A stretch of 63,519 nt of DNA, counting the filler, from Reclinomonas americana ATCC 50394 (taxonomy: Eukaryota), in NCBI GenBank assembly GCA_048213135.1. It is 6 parts of 4 records of this genome, joined end to end, with 100 filler letters (N's around TTAATTAATTAA, not from the genome) between each part and the next. Parts side by side here need not be neighbours in the genome. Positions count along the whole stretch, not along the records: positions 1 to 15,099 come from PS015317.1; 5 more parts are not named here. One strand, written 5' to 3'. The notes under the pieces were generated by a model. It had not been told where the DNA came from and searched no databases. It worked only from the letters and a program-made list of their open reading frames with translations. A program made the position numbers and the translations under genes. Numbering within the stretch: position 1 is the stretch's first letter; each line of letters opens with the position of its first letter. This document shows positions 1 to 14,440 of the stretch, piece by piece.

Positions 1-44
1 AGATGAAAGTGAACTTCGAGAGACAGAGAGAGAAATCTACGCAC

Positions 45-3000
45 CACTGACTGCACAAAGCGATCGAGGCCGACCGAATCGGGGCGCACATTCTGCGGGT
101 TGCCGGGCACTCCGGGTGCGGATCGATGCACCGAGTTTTGTGGCACACACACCACGTACAGGCGCAAGCCCAGGCGCGAGGCGCGTGCCAGTCGCTGCTC
201 CGTCTCCAGCTCCATCATGGCCCAGTACAGCGGCGGTGCCGGCAGCAAGTCGTCGCCTTCCGTGGCCTCGGCCAACATTTGCTCCACCTGACACGCCAAT
301 CATGAGTTTTCGTTCGTGTGTACACGAAAAAAAAGCAACAAATGCACTCTCTCACTCACCGGTGCAATCTCGGCCAATCCGCGAGCCACGGCATACGCAC
401 GAAGCAAGCGCAGCGGCGAAACCTCGTTGACAGGATCGACCGCAACGGCGTCCGCCGCAGCCTCGAGCTCGTCAAACGCCACCACCGCCGAGCACAGGTA
501 GCGCACCGTCGATGCCTGCACGGTAACAAAGAAGTGAGATTGTGTGTGATGACCGCTGCGCACTGGGGTGACGAACCGCCTGCTGCGCCGACGCCACCAG
601 GTTCGACAGTTGCGGAGGCGTGGAGGGCGAAAAGTTGAACGGTTGCGCATTGGTCACCAGCACCGGGTACTCGGCCGAGCGCGACACCAGGTGCAGTCCG
701 TACCGCTCCGAGTGACGACACAGGTACTGGAAGAGATCGCGATGGCAGCCGGCATCACCGCCCAGCGTGGTGAGCGCCTCGCCGAGTGGTACGGCAAACG
801 CCGTTTCCGCCATGCGGTTGCGCGAATACAGCGGCGCGGTGGTGTGATGCAACGCTGCGCGCGCGACAGCAATCAGTCAGGCGTTGGCCAGAGATAGAGT
901 TGCAAGGCCACACGGGACTCACCAAATTGTCGGAGCACCTCGGCAAAGCGCATGGTGGGGAATTGCACCTTCAAGTCCCACAGGTACATGTAGAAGCGCA
1001 GCACGTGGAAGTCGTAGACAAACGAGTTGAGATGCAGTCGATCCTTCAGGTCGTTGACCTTCGTGAGGAACATGCGTCGTGTCCATTTCTCTGCGGTCGA
1101 GTTGGTCAGATCTCACACGCATTGTCGCATCTCCTCCCCCCAAAAAAACTCACCACCCGAATTGCGATCCTGCACACGACCCGGTTGCTGCCCACGACCA
1201 ACATAGGCCCACACTCCCGCACCACGGCTGCTGGTGCTCATCGGCGCCACGGCCATGGCCGTTCCCGCACGCGGTGCATCCATGACGTACAGATTGAGGT
1301 AGACGTACAGGCCGGAGAAGCCGAGCTCCATCAGCAGGATGCCGTTGTAGATCGACTTGTGCAAATACACCGTGGTCGGCTTCATCAGCACATGGTGACC
1401 GTCGACCAGCACCTCGGCCGAGCGGCCTGTGGAGTCGCCACCGGAGGTGTCGGAACTGTGCAAAAAAGGAAACATGAGGACAAGGAGACATGAGCAGCCG
1501 ACGCATTGGACAGCATTCTGCGTGCGCTCTCACATATTGAGGCAGATGGGTGCAATCTCTGGCCCTCTCTCATTCTACCTCTGATTTCTTGCTTTCATTT
1601 ATCTCTCTTCCTGCCTCCTCTCTCATTAGTACAACAAAGGGGACAGGGAATACAATCTCTAATCCCCTCCTTCTCAGATATCATGCTTCTTCACAGTTCT
1701 CTCTCTCTCTCTCTCTCGCACACTCTCTCTCACTCATTCTCTCTCTCTCACACACACATACACATACACGACGCCGAGGGTGCGATCTCTGGCCCTCTCT
1801 CATTCTACCTCTGCCTTCCCTCACATTTCTTCTTATATTCTGTTTCTCCCTCCCCTCTCTTTCCCCTTCCCTCTCTCTTTCCTTTTCCCTCTCTCTTTCC
1901 CTCTCCCTCTCCCTCCTTCCTTCTCTTTCCCTTTCCCTCTCTTCCCCTTCCACTCACCTCCTCGACACATTGGTACCCGACGCACTGTGATCCGTCAACG
2001 TATCCGCCTCCGAATCGGTGTCGTCACCCGAGTGCTCCGACCTGTCGCCGGCACCGTGTCCACCAAGTTCCTCCTCGCGTGACGTGTGCGTGCTCTCGTC
2101 GCTGGTGGAGATGACCTCGTGCAGACCGAGTGTCTCCAGGAACCCACAGTACTCGTTGAGGAACTGCTCAAAGATGCGCCGATGCAGGGCGACCTCGTGC
2201 TGGAACGTCTGTCGGTTGTGCGGATGCGGAGGCGGAGAAGGCGAGAACAGCAGTGGAGAGCCGGCGCGGTCGAATAGCGATGCAGTCGGCGGCGGCGATG
2301 GTGCCGGAGAATATCGCGCACGCGAGGACGGGCCACTGTCCGCGCGCGCACTGCCCGACGATGACAACATGTTTGCGGACGACGGTGACGGCGACAGCAA
2401 GTTGATCTGGCTCAGCGATCCGCCGTTGAAGAAGAGCGGCACACGACACAAGTGGAAGAGGCGTGCCGTCTTGGTCACGGCACGGAAGCTCTCGGCCGAG
2501 AACGCTGCCGGTCCCGAGAACGGAAGGCCACTGGCGGCCGCGTCGGCAGAGGCCATGGCCTGCGGCGAAATCCAGTTGGCCAGCAGAGCATTCTGCCGCA
2601 ACGCCGCCGTGTGCTGCTGCTGCGACAGCTCGACCGTGCGGCGGAACTCGGTGCCTGTGGTGAGCAACAAGAAGAAGAAGGTGAAAAGATGGGTAACGAC
2701 ACTCAATCGACGTGCGACGCCGACAATACCATGCGCCAGCACGGGATCCAGGTCGAGTGAGCCCTGTTGTGCGGCCTGCCGCTGCTGCAGCCAGGTGAGC
2801 GAGTTGACCGACGAGGCCGACGTCGACGTGTGCATGGATGACGGCGGCTTTCGTGTCAGCGCGGGCGGCGGCATCAACGCAGGCACTCGCGACGCCAGCA
2901 TGGCCTGCTCCGCTCGCCGCTGTGCCACCACAGCCCACTTGTGCCTGGCGGGGAGAGAGGCAAACGTCAGCATCGATAACCGCGTACAAACTCAGAGACA

Positions 3001-6000
3001 CAGGTGGTGTACCGAACACGCTCGAGGAGTCGACGGTCGCGCGGCAAATCAGTCACCACTCCGCGCAGCAGCAGCCAGAAGGGACGGTGTGGCACAACGC
3101 GTGCTTGGCGCATCGAGGACACCTGCAGCCGCGATTAAGAAGGCAGGATTCACTGGAAGCAGACGATGCGGATGACATACCTGCGACCGACTGCTGGCCT
3201 CATCATCACCGGCGCGGATCGACGGTGTCATGGAGGCGTCCGAGGCATCATCGGCGACACTGGCAGTCGAACTTGGCGGCGCCTGCACGGCTGGCATCGA
3301 AGGCGGAACCTGTCGACGTCCCGCAAACATGGGGTTGGTGCGATGACGTGCGGCGGCCATGGCCATGGCTGCCGCATTGGATTTGCCGAGCGGAAGTGCA
3401 GGTGGTCCACGACTGTATGGAACACAGCACGCGATACTTTGGTAAACCATGCTTTTTTAGCTCACTATCAACAATATCAATACGCAACCGCTGTGACGCC
3501 GCGCTTGCGGTCAACGATGAGGATGTCGAAGAGGAACCGGTGGAGATGGAGGTGCTGCTGGTGACGGTCACTGCTGGCGGCGCCCGACTGCCAATGAGCG
3601 ACGCCGAGCCCTCCCACGTCAGCTTGACATCGTCGCGAATGGACGACGGGTCGGCCGATGCGCTGCCCTCGGAGAAGGCCGCCTGCAAAAACCACAAGTT
3701 CAGCAATTAAACCTATCACAACCAATGTTTGGCGCGCGCCACCAGACCTCCACATCAGTCGCCCCGACATTGGAGGACGCAGCGCGGGAGAGTTGCGCCA
3801 GAACCGTTTGCGTTGGCACGAGCATCGACGACGAAAGCGAGTGGTAGAAGAGTCCCATCTTTTGATGCAGCACCGAATTCAGCAAGTGGGCACGGCACTT
3901 GGTCCACGCCAGCAGCCGCAAGAACGTGTGCTGCAGCTGGTTGACTGTATTCTGGTTCAAGTTGTACGTCGACAACACGACCTGGTACACAACGAGCGTG
4001 AGAACTCCGGCCAAATTCTGCACTCTTCGTCGCGCAACCAAACCTCGTAGTTGACAATCGACACAAAGGCCACCATCTTGCGGCGGCGCCGATGTGTGGA
4101 GACCGGAAACGCGACCGCCGGCAGTGTCATTGCTCGCTGTGCGCCCGCTGCCGGAGCCGAGGCCGCTGAAGAGGACGACGACGACGATGACGACCAATGC
4201 AAAGATGACTGCGGCATGAAAAAGATAACAGTGAGGATGATGAGGGAGTGGCACAGACATTTCGACAAGGTGCGAATGCCACCAACCGAATCCGCGGCAG
4301 ACGCCAGGCCCGTGTCAGTGAGCGGCGTGAGTGGCGTGAGCAACGGCGTGGCATCGTGTCGCTCCACTTCGAACGCGGGGTGGATCATGTACTTTTCCAG
4401 TGCACTGTCGGTGCGTTCCTCGATTTCGTTGGCCACAGTGTCGTCAGAGGGTCGCGAGGACGACGACGACTGTTCGAACAAACAGTGAGTGCAATAGCGG
4501 GAATGAAGGAGCGAGCAATAATTGCACTCACCGGCGACGGTCGCGGTGGTGGCTGCTGTGCGGCGTTGGGCGATGCACCGGCGCCAAACACGTAGGTGAT
4601 GTCGGAGGTGCCGGCGGCCACAAACATGGTCACCGTGTCCGTGTTGGCACTCAACAGCTCGTCCAGATACTGCCAAATGTCGGACTCGGTCAGCGCGGCC
4701 ATCCGGTTGGGATTGTAGGCCGAGCGGCACATGACCAGCGTGCTGACTGGCACGTTTTCCTGTGCGAGAAGCAATGGAGTCAGATGGAGGGGGAAGAGAG
4801 GGAGAAGAGAGGAAAGGGGGAAGGAGGGGTAAGGAGGGAGCAGGTGAAGGGACAGAGAGAAGCGAGGGTTCAGATGAGAGGAAGAAGGAGGGCACATAAG
4901 AGGAAAGAAACAGAGAATGAAGGTTGAGAGAGCGAAAGCCGTGACAACAAGACGAAGGAAAGGGTGCCAGCGGAGAACTGAACAAGATGAGACAGATGAG
5001 AACAATCAAGGACCTGAAAAACATGAAAGAGGGGTGAGCGAGGAAGATGCAGATGATGAGATTGAAGAGCAATCAGGCAACCGGTGAGGGAGTGATAGAG
5101 AAACGAACAACACGAGAGGACAGAGAGAAAACGAGAAGAGACGGGCAAGGGGGAGCAGTCACTGACCTGAACAACACGAAACAGGGCGAGTGAAATGATG
5201 AGAGTGAAGAGCAATCAGGTAACGGGTGAGGGGAGAGAACGGAGAAACGAACAAAGCGAGAGAGGCAAAGAAACAGTGAAATGAGAGAGACAAGGCCAGT
5301 GCCTGAGTCTGCACTCTTCACCGCTCACACCACCATTCACCGCACATCCTTCACCACCACAAACCTTCTTGGAGTCGGCGATATCGCCAAACAACTTGCG
5401 CATCTCCATCACCAGCATGACCATGGCGTACGATTGCAGCAGTAGCGGATGCCGCGATTGCGTCACAGTGGACGTGTTGTACTTGCGACTCTGCGACATG
5501 ACGTGCTCCATGTCGGCCAGACAGTTGAGGCGCTCGCACGACTCTTGCACCACGAGTGGTCGCCGGGAGCTCGAATCCAGCACCGCAGTTGGACTGGCCT
5601 GCTGAGCAAGAATGGACAAGAGTGAGGAGGCGATATCAGGCACATCAAGATTTCGAGCGAAAAGAGTATTCACCGACGACGACATGCCGTCGACGAAACA
5701 CATTGGCGGGGCCGACGACGGCGGGCGTGTGAGATAGTACGTCTCGAGCGCGTACTCATGAATGGTCTGGTTGAAGGCGGTCTCCACTTGCTCGACATAT
5801 GTCGGCAGCTCCACGTCGCCCTTGAGCCACAACTCAAACGCCACCACAAAGGCAGCCTTTTGCAACTCCGGCACACTGTTTGCACTCGTTAGCAGCGACG
5901 ACGAGCAAGGCAACGCAATGATACACGCAACGGAGTCAGCGGCAACAGTCGCGAATCGCGCTCCTTCCACAGCTTCGAGTTCATCTCGTCGGCAGTGACG

Positions 6001-9000
6001 CTGTCCAGCCCAATAGCGGGTACACGCGCCCACGGTGGCGACGGCCACTGATGAGTGGGAGGCGCCATGGACAAATGGGAGGCTCCGTCTGCAACAAGCC
6101 ATCCACGAAGCAGTCAGCGAGACATCTCTCTCCTTGCAAACCACTTTGCCACTTCAGAACTCACCAGCCGAGTCGTGCGTGGAGCGCACCGACACTTGTA
6201 CACACGCAATGCCCTTGGCACTGGCCGCCATGGCTCCCATGGCGGGGTACGTCGGGGTGGCGTTGTTGAACACGAACAGGGTGTCGTGCGAGCGCGACAG
6301 CTCGTCCAGCAGGCACTTGAGACGGCGTGTGTGGCGCGCTCTCTCGTCGTCCACCGGCGACGGCGGCGGAAGCACCGGCGGAGGCACACACTCCGCGGCC
6401 TCAAAGTACTGTTCGTGCGCGTCACCGGCGTCGCTGGGAGGTGCAATGCTCAACTCGGCGACAACCGGCGATGGGACCTCTTCCACGGCGGGTGACAAAC
6501 TGCGCTCGTCGGATGCGTCGGTGCCGGAGGACACGGAACTGGCAGACAAGGCCACGGCTATGGTGGCAGGTGCTGCGGCTGCTGGGGTGGCTACAGCGGG
6601 TGCAGGTGCCACCACGGGCATGGGTTGCGATGCCGACTCGGACACGGTGGAACTGCGCAGTGTCGCATCCTCGTCCGGGTTCATCACGTGGAGCCGATTG
6701 AGGAAGCGATCAATGTTCTTGCGCAGCAGCATCATGAAGAAGGGAATGTCGCCGACCAGGGTCGGGATCGACAGGCCATACGCACGATCCGGAGGACGCA
6801 CGACAGCAGCGCGCGAGTCGACGACCCTGACGTTAGGCACAAGGGGTGAGACGAATACAAGGAAGAAGGGCTGAATCGAGGAGGGGAAATGCGAACCGCA
6901 GGAAAGTGAGATCGGCAAACTGGAGCCGGAACAGTGGGTTCAGCAGCAGCTTGGTGGAGATCACCGTCAGGGCCAGCTTGCTGAGACGCGATTCGAGCAT
7001 ATTGTGCAGATTGACAGTGATTTCGTGACTCGGCGCGTCCACGCCATACACCTCCAGGAACAGACACTCGTGTGGTCCCTCAAAGGTCAAGGAGCTGCGT
7101 GGGGGGTAAAATTGAGGACTACAAATCCTATACGCCTCTCACACACACTCTTCTAACGCACCTCGCGAGCTCCGAGTCCACGGCCACCTTCATGTAGAAC
7201 ACGGAACCCGTGGTCTCGCGATACACAAACACATTCTTCTGATTGGCGAGCAGTAGTGGTTGCAGCTGTGCGAAAAGAAAAGTGAGGGATTACGCACAAA
7301 ACCCCGCAACACATCAATTCACGTACCACTGTCGACGCGAGACTCGTGAGCGCAACGTCACTCTTGAGCCGCGGATGCAGCAGGAACTGGGTGCTGTACA
7401 CGCACGGGCAGGCAAACTGGCCCGGCTTGAACACGCCGCTGAGCTCAAACGCCATCTCATCCAGGCTCGGAGAATCCATCGACATGTCAAACGACGACGA
7501 CATCTGCCGGTGCGGGTCAGCACTGAATGTCATCACGACTCTGTTTGTGATTCGGGGTCTACATACCCGGTCCCGACCCGGACGGTCGGCCACCGAGGCC
7601 ACCAGCAGCGGACTGCACATGCGTGTGTCGTGCATGTGATTCAAGAGGAGGATCTGATTGACGCGCGTGCACACGGCGTCAATGTGACGATGCACACGCT
7701 CGCGAATCGCCTCCTTGTCAATGTCGGAATCGGGCGGCACGTACAGCCGCACGTGCAAGATGGACGACGACGGTTGCACAGTAAGGATGAGCCAGTAAGG
7801 CAAGTGGAAGGAACGACGTCGCTCCTCGGCTGGAGGGAGGGGGGAGAGGGGGGGAGGGAGGGAAAGGGGGAGAGGAAGGGAGAGGGATGAAGGGAGAGGG
7901 ATGAGGGGAGAGGGAAGAGGAAGGGGAGGGATGAGGGGAGAGGGAGAGGGAGAGGGATAAAGGGAGAGGGATAAAGGGAGAGGGATGAGGGGAGAGGGAG
8001 AGGGAGAGGGAGAGGGAGAGGGAGAGGGAGAGGGGGAGAGGGAGAGGAGAGAGAGGAGAGAGGCAGCAAAAGTGAGACTCGGTCGACGATAGCAGAATGC
8101 AGACTTGCAGAGTGACGCACGATCGTCGACCAAACTGCCTTCGCCATCGCCACCCACTGGGTCCGTCTGCACATACAAATAGTGCGCCTCGTCGATCTTG
8201 ATCAGCGACAGATGTGGGTTGCGCAGCAGCTCGTTCGACAGCATCTGCTTGCCCTCGGAATCCACAAAGAGCAGATCCACCTTCCCGTACGCATAGTCGG
8301 CCGGCGGCAACGCCTCCAGGTGCTGGAACACTCGATCGATGACCTGCACGGGGGAACTAAGCAAACCAGACACAAATGAATAAACCAAGGGAGTCGAGCA
8401 CACGAACTTCGCGCGTGACCGGTCGCTCCTTCAACAGCAAGCAGAGCACGCGGTGCGCCAGCAGCGCGCGGATGCGTCGGCACAGCTGGTTCATTGCATT
8501 GAAGAGCGGTCGCGGCAGAAGCTGCAACTTGCGCGCTTGCACACTAAGACTATGCAGCGAGTGCTACGCAGTAGAAGGAAAGCCAGTCAGCAGTAAGAAA
8601 TTGCGCCCGATGTACAACATTCGCGAGCTCACCTGGTCCAGCTGCTGCAGAGAGCCCGCCGACAACGGTCCGTCCAATCGTCCGGTCTCGTGCGCCTCCA
8701 CGAACGCACTATGCCCGGAGCCAAACAACTCCTTGTGACGGAATTTGTAGTGCAGCTGTGAAACTGCTTGGCGAGCCTCCAAAAAGTTGTGATCGGCCTG
8801 CGCCAGCAGCAGCGCCACTTTCTCCGGGTCCAGTGTGATGCACACCACACGAAGCGTCATGCGTGCGTTGCCAACTGCGCGGTGCACACAAGCAGCATGA
8901 GCACGGGAGTGGGGCAGGAGCCGTGGTCAGTAGTGCGAACCTGGCGAGGCCACCGACATGGAGTCGTCGGGAACCATGAGATTGGCGCTACTCACGCCAG

Positions 9001-11588
9001 GCGGCATTGGCGACCAGCCGGGCGATGTGAACGGCAGGCCCAATCGTGAGGGAATGTGATCGCGACTCACGCTGCTCTCCATGTCGGACAGCGTGGTACC
9101 GGTGAGCGACGATGCGTCGTCGGGAGCCAACTCCTCCTGCGTGGAGAAGCATTCCATGCGGAAGAAGACGGGAATCTGACGGCAACGAGACGTGAGCATC
9201 TCCAACATCACGAACGACACTGATTCCAAGTATGAGAAAGCACGGACCTTGGCGGTGAGCACTTTCACCAGCGGCACATTGAGCGCCGTCAGACGCTGCT
9301 GCGAGGCGCGATCGGCATTGGCGGCCCCAAAGCTGTTGTTGCTATACTGACTGGCGACGTCGTCGTCGTCCTCGTCAAACATGTCGCTCACCACAGAGAG
9401 AGCATCTCGACTGGAGCTGTCGTGCGGGGGGAAAGGGTGGGTGAGAGAGGGAAAGAGGGGGGGAAAGAGAAAGAGACAGAGACGAGGGGAAGAGAGGGAA
9501 AGAAATGTGAGAGGATGAGACAAAGACACTGACGACAGCGAGACACAGCAGGCGGAGAGAGAGAGACAGAGAAATAGAGAGAGACACAGAGAGAGAGAGA
9601 GAGAGAGACAGAGAGAGAGAGAGAGACAGAGAGAGAGAGAGAGACAGAGAGAGAGAGACAGAGAGAGAGAGACGACAAGAGAGAGAGAGAGAGACGNNNN
9701 NNNNNNNNNNNNNNNNAGCAAAGCAATAACATCAGCCAGCCATACTCATGAAAGCAAGAATCACTTCTTCGTGGCGCACCAAGAGCGGGCGGATCCAAGA
9801 AGCAGTAGTGCACGTGACCCGGAATCGGCTGGAAGTACTTGCTGATGCGGTCGCGCACCATGTTGTGCACGGTCTGGGCGGCCATTGATGTTGCCGCGGC
9901 GACGCCCTGCGTGCTCAACATGTTCTCGAAACTCGTCAAGTCGACCTCGGCGGTGTACTCGACACAGGCCTCGATGGCCGACGCCACGTCGTCTTTCGGG
10001 AGTCGGATGCCTTCCATGAGGGCGGCTTGCACGCTGAGAGGGGGAAGGGGAGAGAGAGGGGAAGAAGAGGGAAACGGTGAGGGGTTGAAGGGGAACAGGA
10101 CGACGGTAGTGAACCAGCGAGAGATATTTAGAAAGAGACCAAGAAACCAAGCAAGCAGAGAGAGTCATGCTACATGCATAGGATGTAAGCAGAAGGAAGA
10201 ATGAGAAAGCTGCATCGATGATTGATCGCGAGCTATTCTGCAACTCTCAGTCAGCGAGTGCGCGTGTGTGTGAAGGACACTGTCTCACGGAGAAGAATGC
10301 ATGAGGAATGAAAAAAAGAGAGACAAGGAGATGAACATACAGGGTGAGCGAGATACTCATGGCAATAAAGAGGGAAGAGGCAAGTTGTATGTTGCAGTGA
10401 GAGTGAATTCGCATGTGAGTGGGAGAATACGAGTGAGAGAACACGAAGTCGAAAAAGAGACAGCGCAAGATGGGAAACGAACCAGGGAAAGTGAACGAAA
10501 CAAGCAACATGAATTAAAGAATGCGCGATAAGGGGAGGTAAGACAATACGACGACAAGAAGACGAGAAATCAAAAAAAAAGAGGGGAGAACAACACGACT
10601 ATCAAGGAAAGAGAGACTTGAAAGCAAACGAAGCACAACAACCTGAATCAATCATGCTCCCAACAACCCCCCTTTCCCACTTCCCACACACCTGCTGGCC
10701 AAGTACACCGAGTGCAGCTCGCGAAGGAACTCGACCAGCGCCCGCGCCGTCTCACACAGCGGCAGCTGATACGACACGGCAGTCATCGGATCCAGTGAGT
10801 ACATGGGCGCCGAGCCGTCGGCAAAGATGCGTCGCATCGCTTGACGCGACAGATCAACCGACACGATCGGGTTCTTGGTCTTGACGTAGAGGCGCTGCAG
10901 CTGGTCATCACTACACTCGCAGGCAAACATCGTCAACTGGCCCTGATTCGGATCAAAGTCCTTCTCCACCACACACAGGCACAGCAGCAGGAGCACACTG
11001 CTGCCGCCAGAGGAGTCAAGTCGCTTGGCAAAGAGGCGGCACAAGTGCGGTCGACCGGCATCCAGGCAGCGGCGACTGCGAAGGACAAGTGAGAGTCAAA
11101 GAGGCAAGACGGAGCAAAACAAAGCACGCAACGCTGTCGGAAACTCGGCCGCAATCAGCTGCCGTTCAGCGTCATCCAGCGGCACCTCCCAGTCGGCAAT
11201 GAGTGCCACCGCTTCGGCAGCCCTCATCACCAGCGCCTCATTGGCAGCCGACACTACAGCACGTGCTCTGTCGGATGTGGCGGTCGCGGCACCCGCAGGC
11301 TCTGGATGGGAGCCACGGCTGCGAGAGAATGATGCGTGAGTGGCGCTCATGCACACATGCGGCCCACACGACACAAACCTGCTTCCTCGGCCGCCCTGCT
11401 GCGCATGCTGCTGCTGCTGCTGCTGGTGCAGCTTCTGGCGCTTGGCGTTGCGACTGGCCTCCGTGTCGTGAGTGGCGGTGGAGACCGCGTCACTGGTGGC
11501 ATCACTGGTAGCATAGCTTGCCGACTCCTCATCTTCGTCCTCCTCTTCTTCTTCTTCCTCGGACTCCTCCTCCGATTCCTCTTCTTCT

Positions 11589-11626
<38 letters not shown>

Positions 11627-13785
11627 ATCGTCGCCGGTGCTCACCGCGCTGTCCTTTTCGCTGCCGACTCTGCTCTTTGGTGCCGGGGCTGTCTCGACTG
11701 CGAGGGATAAAAAGAGTGAATAGGCAGTCATACCAGACAGAAACTGAAAGCACCACCGACCATTGAGGCTCGGAAAGTGCACGAGGCACCGCGTTCCGCG
11801 CTCCAGCAAGCCAGCGAGACTGAATTTCACGGCAGCCGCTTGTGTCTGCGTGTGCGTGCATGATAAGTAACTGGTTTGGCGACATCTTCCTTCTTGAATG
11901 CACGGCAACCCCACCTCAATGTCCTCAAAGGCCAGCGTGTTGGCGGCGGGCGGAAAGTCGCGCGAAACGGCCGGTGCTGCGGTGACAGCCGAGGTGTGCG
12001 CGCTGACTGTGCACAGATGGCCAAAGGTGCACAGCACCGACAGCACGTCGCTGTCGAGGCGCTGGAATCGCGCCACCATGTCCTCAAACAACCATCGCTA
12101 CGTGTGAAGAGATAAATGAGCTGCTGCTCGAGAGATGCAACTTGGAGGAGGACGCAACATCACCGCGCGCCACCACTCGATGGGACACTCGGTCGGGCAC
12201 GTGGGCAAAACTGCAACGAGGACGAAGAAGTGAGACAAGAATGTGCACCACGAATCATCACCACGCTACGCACCCACTCTGCGGCTGCATCCAGAACTCG
12301 GTGGTGATGCGATTGTTTCGCACCGATACGACATACGCGAGGGAACACGGCATGCGCAGTGCGTCTGCTGATTCGGCGTTGGAGCTGCTGCGAGCAAACA
12401 ACTCCACGGACTGACGCGGCCACGAGTCAATGACGGCAATAAATGCAGATAAACGGCGTGGTGCAAGAACCTTGATGAAAATGCAAGCGCCGCCGACCGG
12501 AATCACATTGAAGCCGTCGATGAGACGAGAGGACACAATGTTGCGCACCATGTGCGACAGCTGCGAACAGGGTTGAGTCGTTCAGGGAGAAGAATGACAA
12601 GATAAACTCACTTGAACGCACCAAATTCCACGTGGGCATGTTCCACGACCATACACGACGACGATACTGCGACTCGACACACATGCCACGAGTGGCGGTC
12701 GACAATAGTCTCGGATGACCGCGCAGGTTCGGGCCGGTGGCCTGATACCGCGCGTTTAGCAGGGCGCGAAGAATGTCGCAGGTGTCGTATGCCACGCGTG
12801 ATTCGTGGAACTGGTTATTGGGCGAGGATCAGAACGGTGCGATTATGCACTGGGAGGGAAAACACATAATGCACCTCAAACGCAGGGCAGCCGGCACGCA
12901 GGGCGCTGATGAGGTCAGCAAACTCGGAGAGACGCCGGGAGGCAGAGACGGAGAAGAAGAGCACACGAATGCGAGTGGTCTGGTGGTGAGTGAGCTCAAA
13001 GTGCAGCAGGCAAAAGCCGACACCCGTTGCTGCCAGGGAGAAAAAGGGTGCTTGTGTGAGCAAATTTGGAGGGAAAAGGGCGGTGATTCGTACGCAACGA
13101 TCGAGATCCATCGAATCGTCGCTCTTGCGCGGTGCGTGGCCGGCTGTGATATCCAAGTGAGGAAGGGGAAGGGGAAAAGAGGAAAAGGGAGAGGAGAGGA
13201 GAATGAGAGGGAAGGAGATAGGGAGAAGGAGAGAGTAAAGGAGAGGGAGATGGGGAAGAATAGAGACATGAAGAGGGAAATCAAGAACAGATGAACACAA
13301 GTCCAGGCAGAAGGAAAAGAGACCCAGCGAGAGGGAGGCAGGAACAGAACAACGACCACCGACATACTCTGGCTCCTCTTCTCTCAATTACTTACCAGCG
13401 GGGGCCGGCGGCCTCGCAATGGCCGGCAGGAACTTCAGCAGCACGTCCTCACGAATGGTGTAGCCGCTCCAGTTGAGACACACTGTCCGCAAATCGGCAA
13501 TGGGCCGGAAGTTGGAGCCGTTGCCCGTGGGTGACATGAGCTCGTCGGCCAGGTCATCTGGGACGGGGAAGAGGGGGAGAGGGAAGTAAGGAAGAAGAAG
13601 AGAAAAAGAAGAAGAAGAATAACGGAGGACAGATTGGGACAAGGGTGAGAGTGAAGGAGAGACAATTCTGAGAGGAAAGAAAGAATTAGGAAAGGGCTGG
13701 TAGGAGGTGACGGGAACATGTGTGAGCGAATGTGCATCACAGCGGGAGAGATCAGTCATGCCGAAGGGAGCAGTTGACTGAGAGC

Positions 13786-13832
<47 letters not shown>

Positions 13833-14399
13833 GAGACGAAGAGAGAGACGAAGAAGAAGAAGGNNNNNNNNNNNNNNNNNNNNNNNNNNNNNNNNNNNNN
13901 NNNNNNNNNNNNNNNNNNNNNNNNNNNNNNNNNNNNNNNNNNNNNNNNNNNNNNNNNNNNNNNNNNNNNNNNNNNNNNNNNNNNNNNNNNNNNNNNNNNN
14001 NNNNNNNNNNNNNNNNNNNNNNNNNNNNNNNNNNNNNNNNNNNNNNNNNNNNNNNNNNNNNNNNNNNNNNNNNNNNNNNNNNNNNNNNNNNNNNNNNNNN
14101 NNNNNNNNNNNNNNNNNNNNNNNNNNNNNNNNNNNNNNNNNNNNNNNNNNNNNNNNNNNNNNNNNNNNNNNNNNNNNNNNNNNNNNNNNNNNNNNNNNNN
14201 NNNNNNNNNNNNNNNNNNNNNNNNNNNNNNNNNNNNNNNNNNNNNNNNNNNNNNNNNNNNNNNNNNNNNNNNNNNNNNNNNNNNNNNNNNNNNNNNNNNN
14301 NNNNNNNNNNNNNNNNNNNNNNNNNNNNNNNNNNNNNNNNNNNNNNNNNNNNNNNNNNNNNNNNNNNNNNNNNNNNNNNNTGAGTAAAGGAAGTTCTCT

Positions 14400-14440
<41 letters not shown>

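Noticed and set aside
2018..3175. Long plus-strand ORFs over SZT2 (also 786-1493, 6035-6874)
   Set aside because: Antisense shadows of GC-rich exons, with no recognisable motifs.
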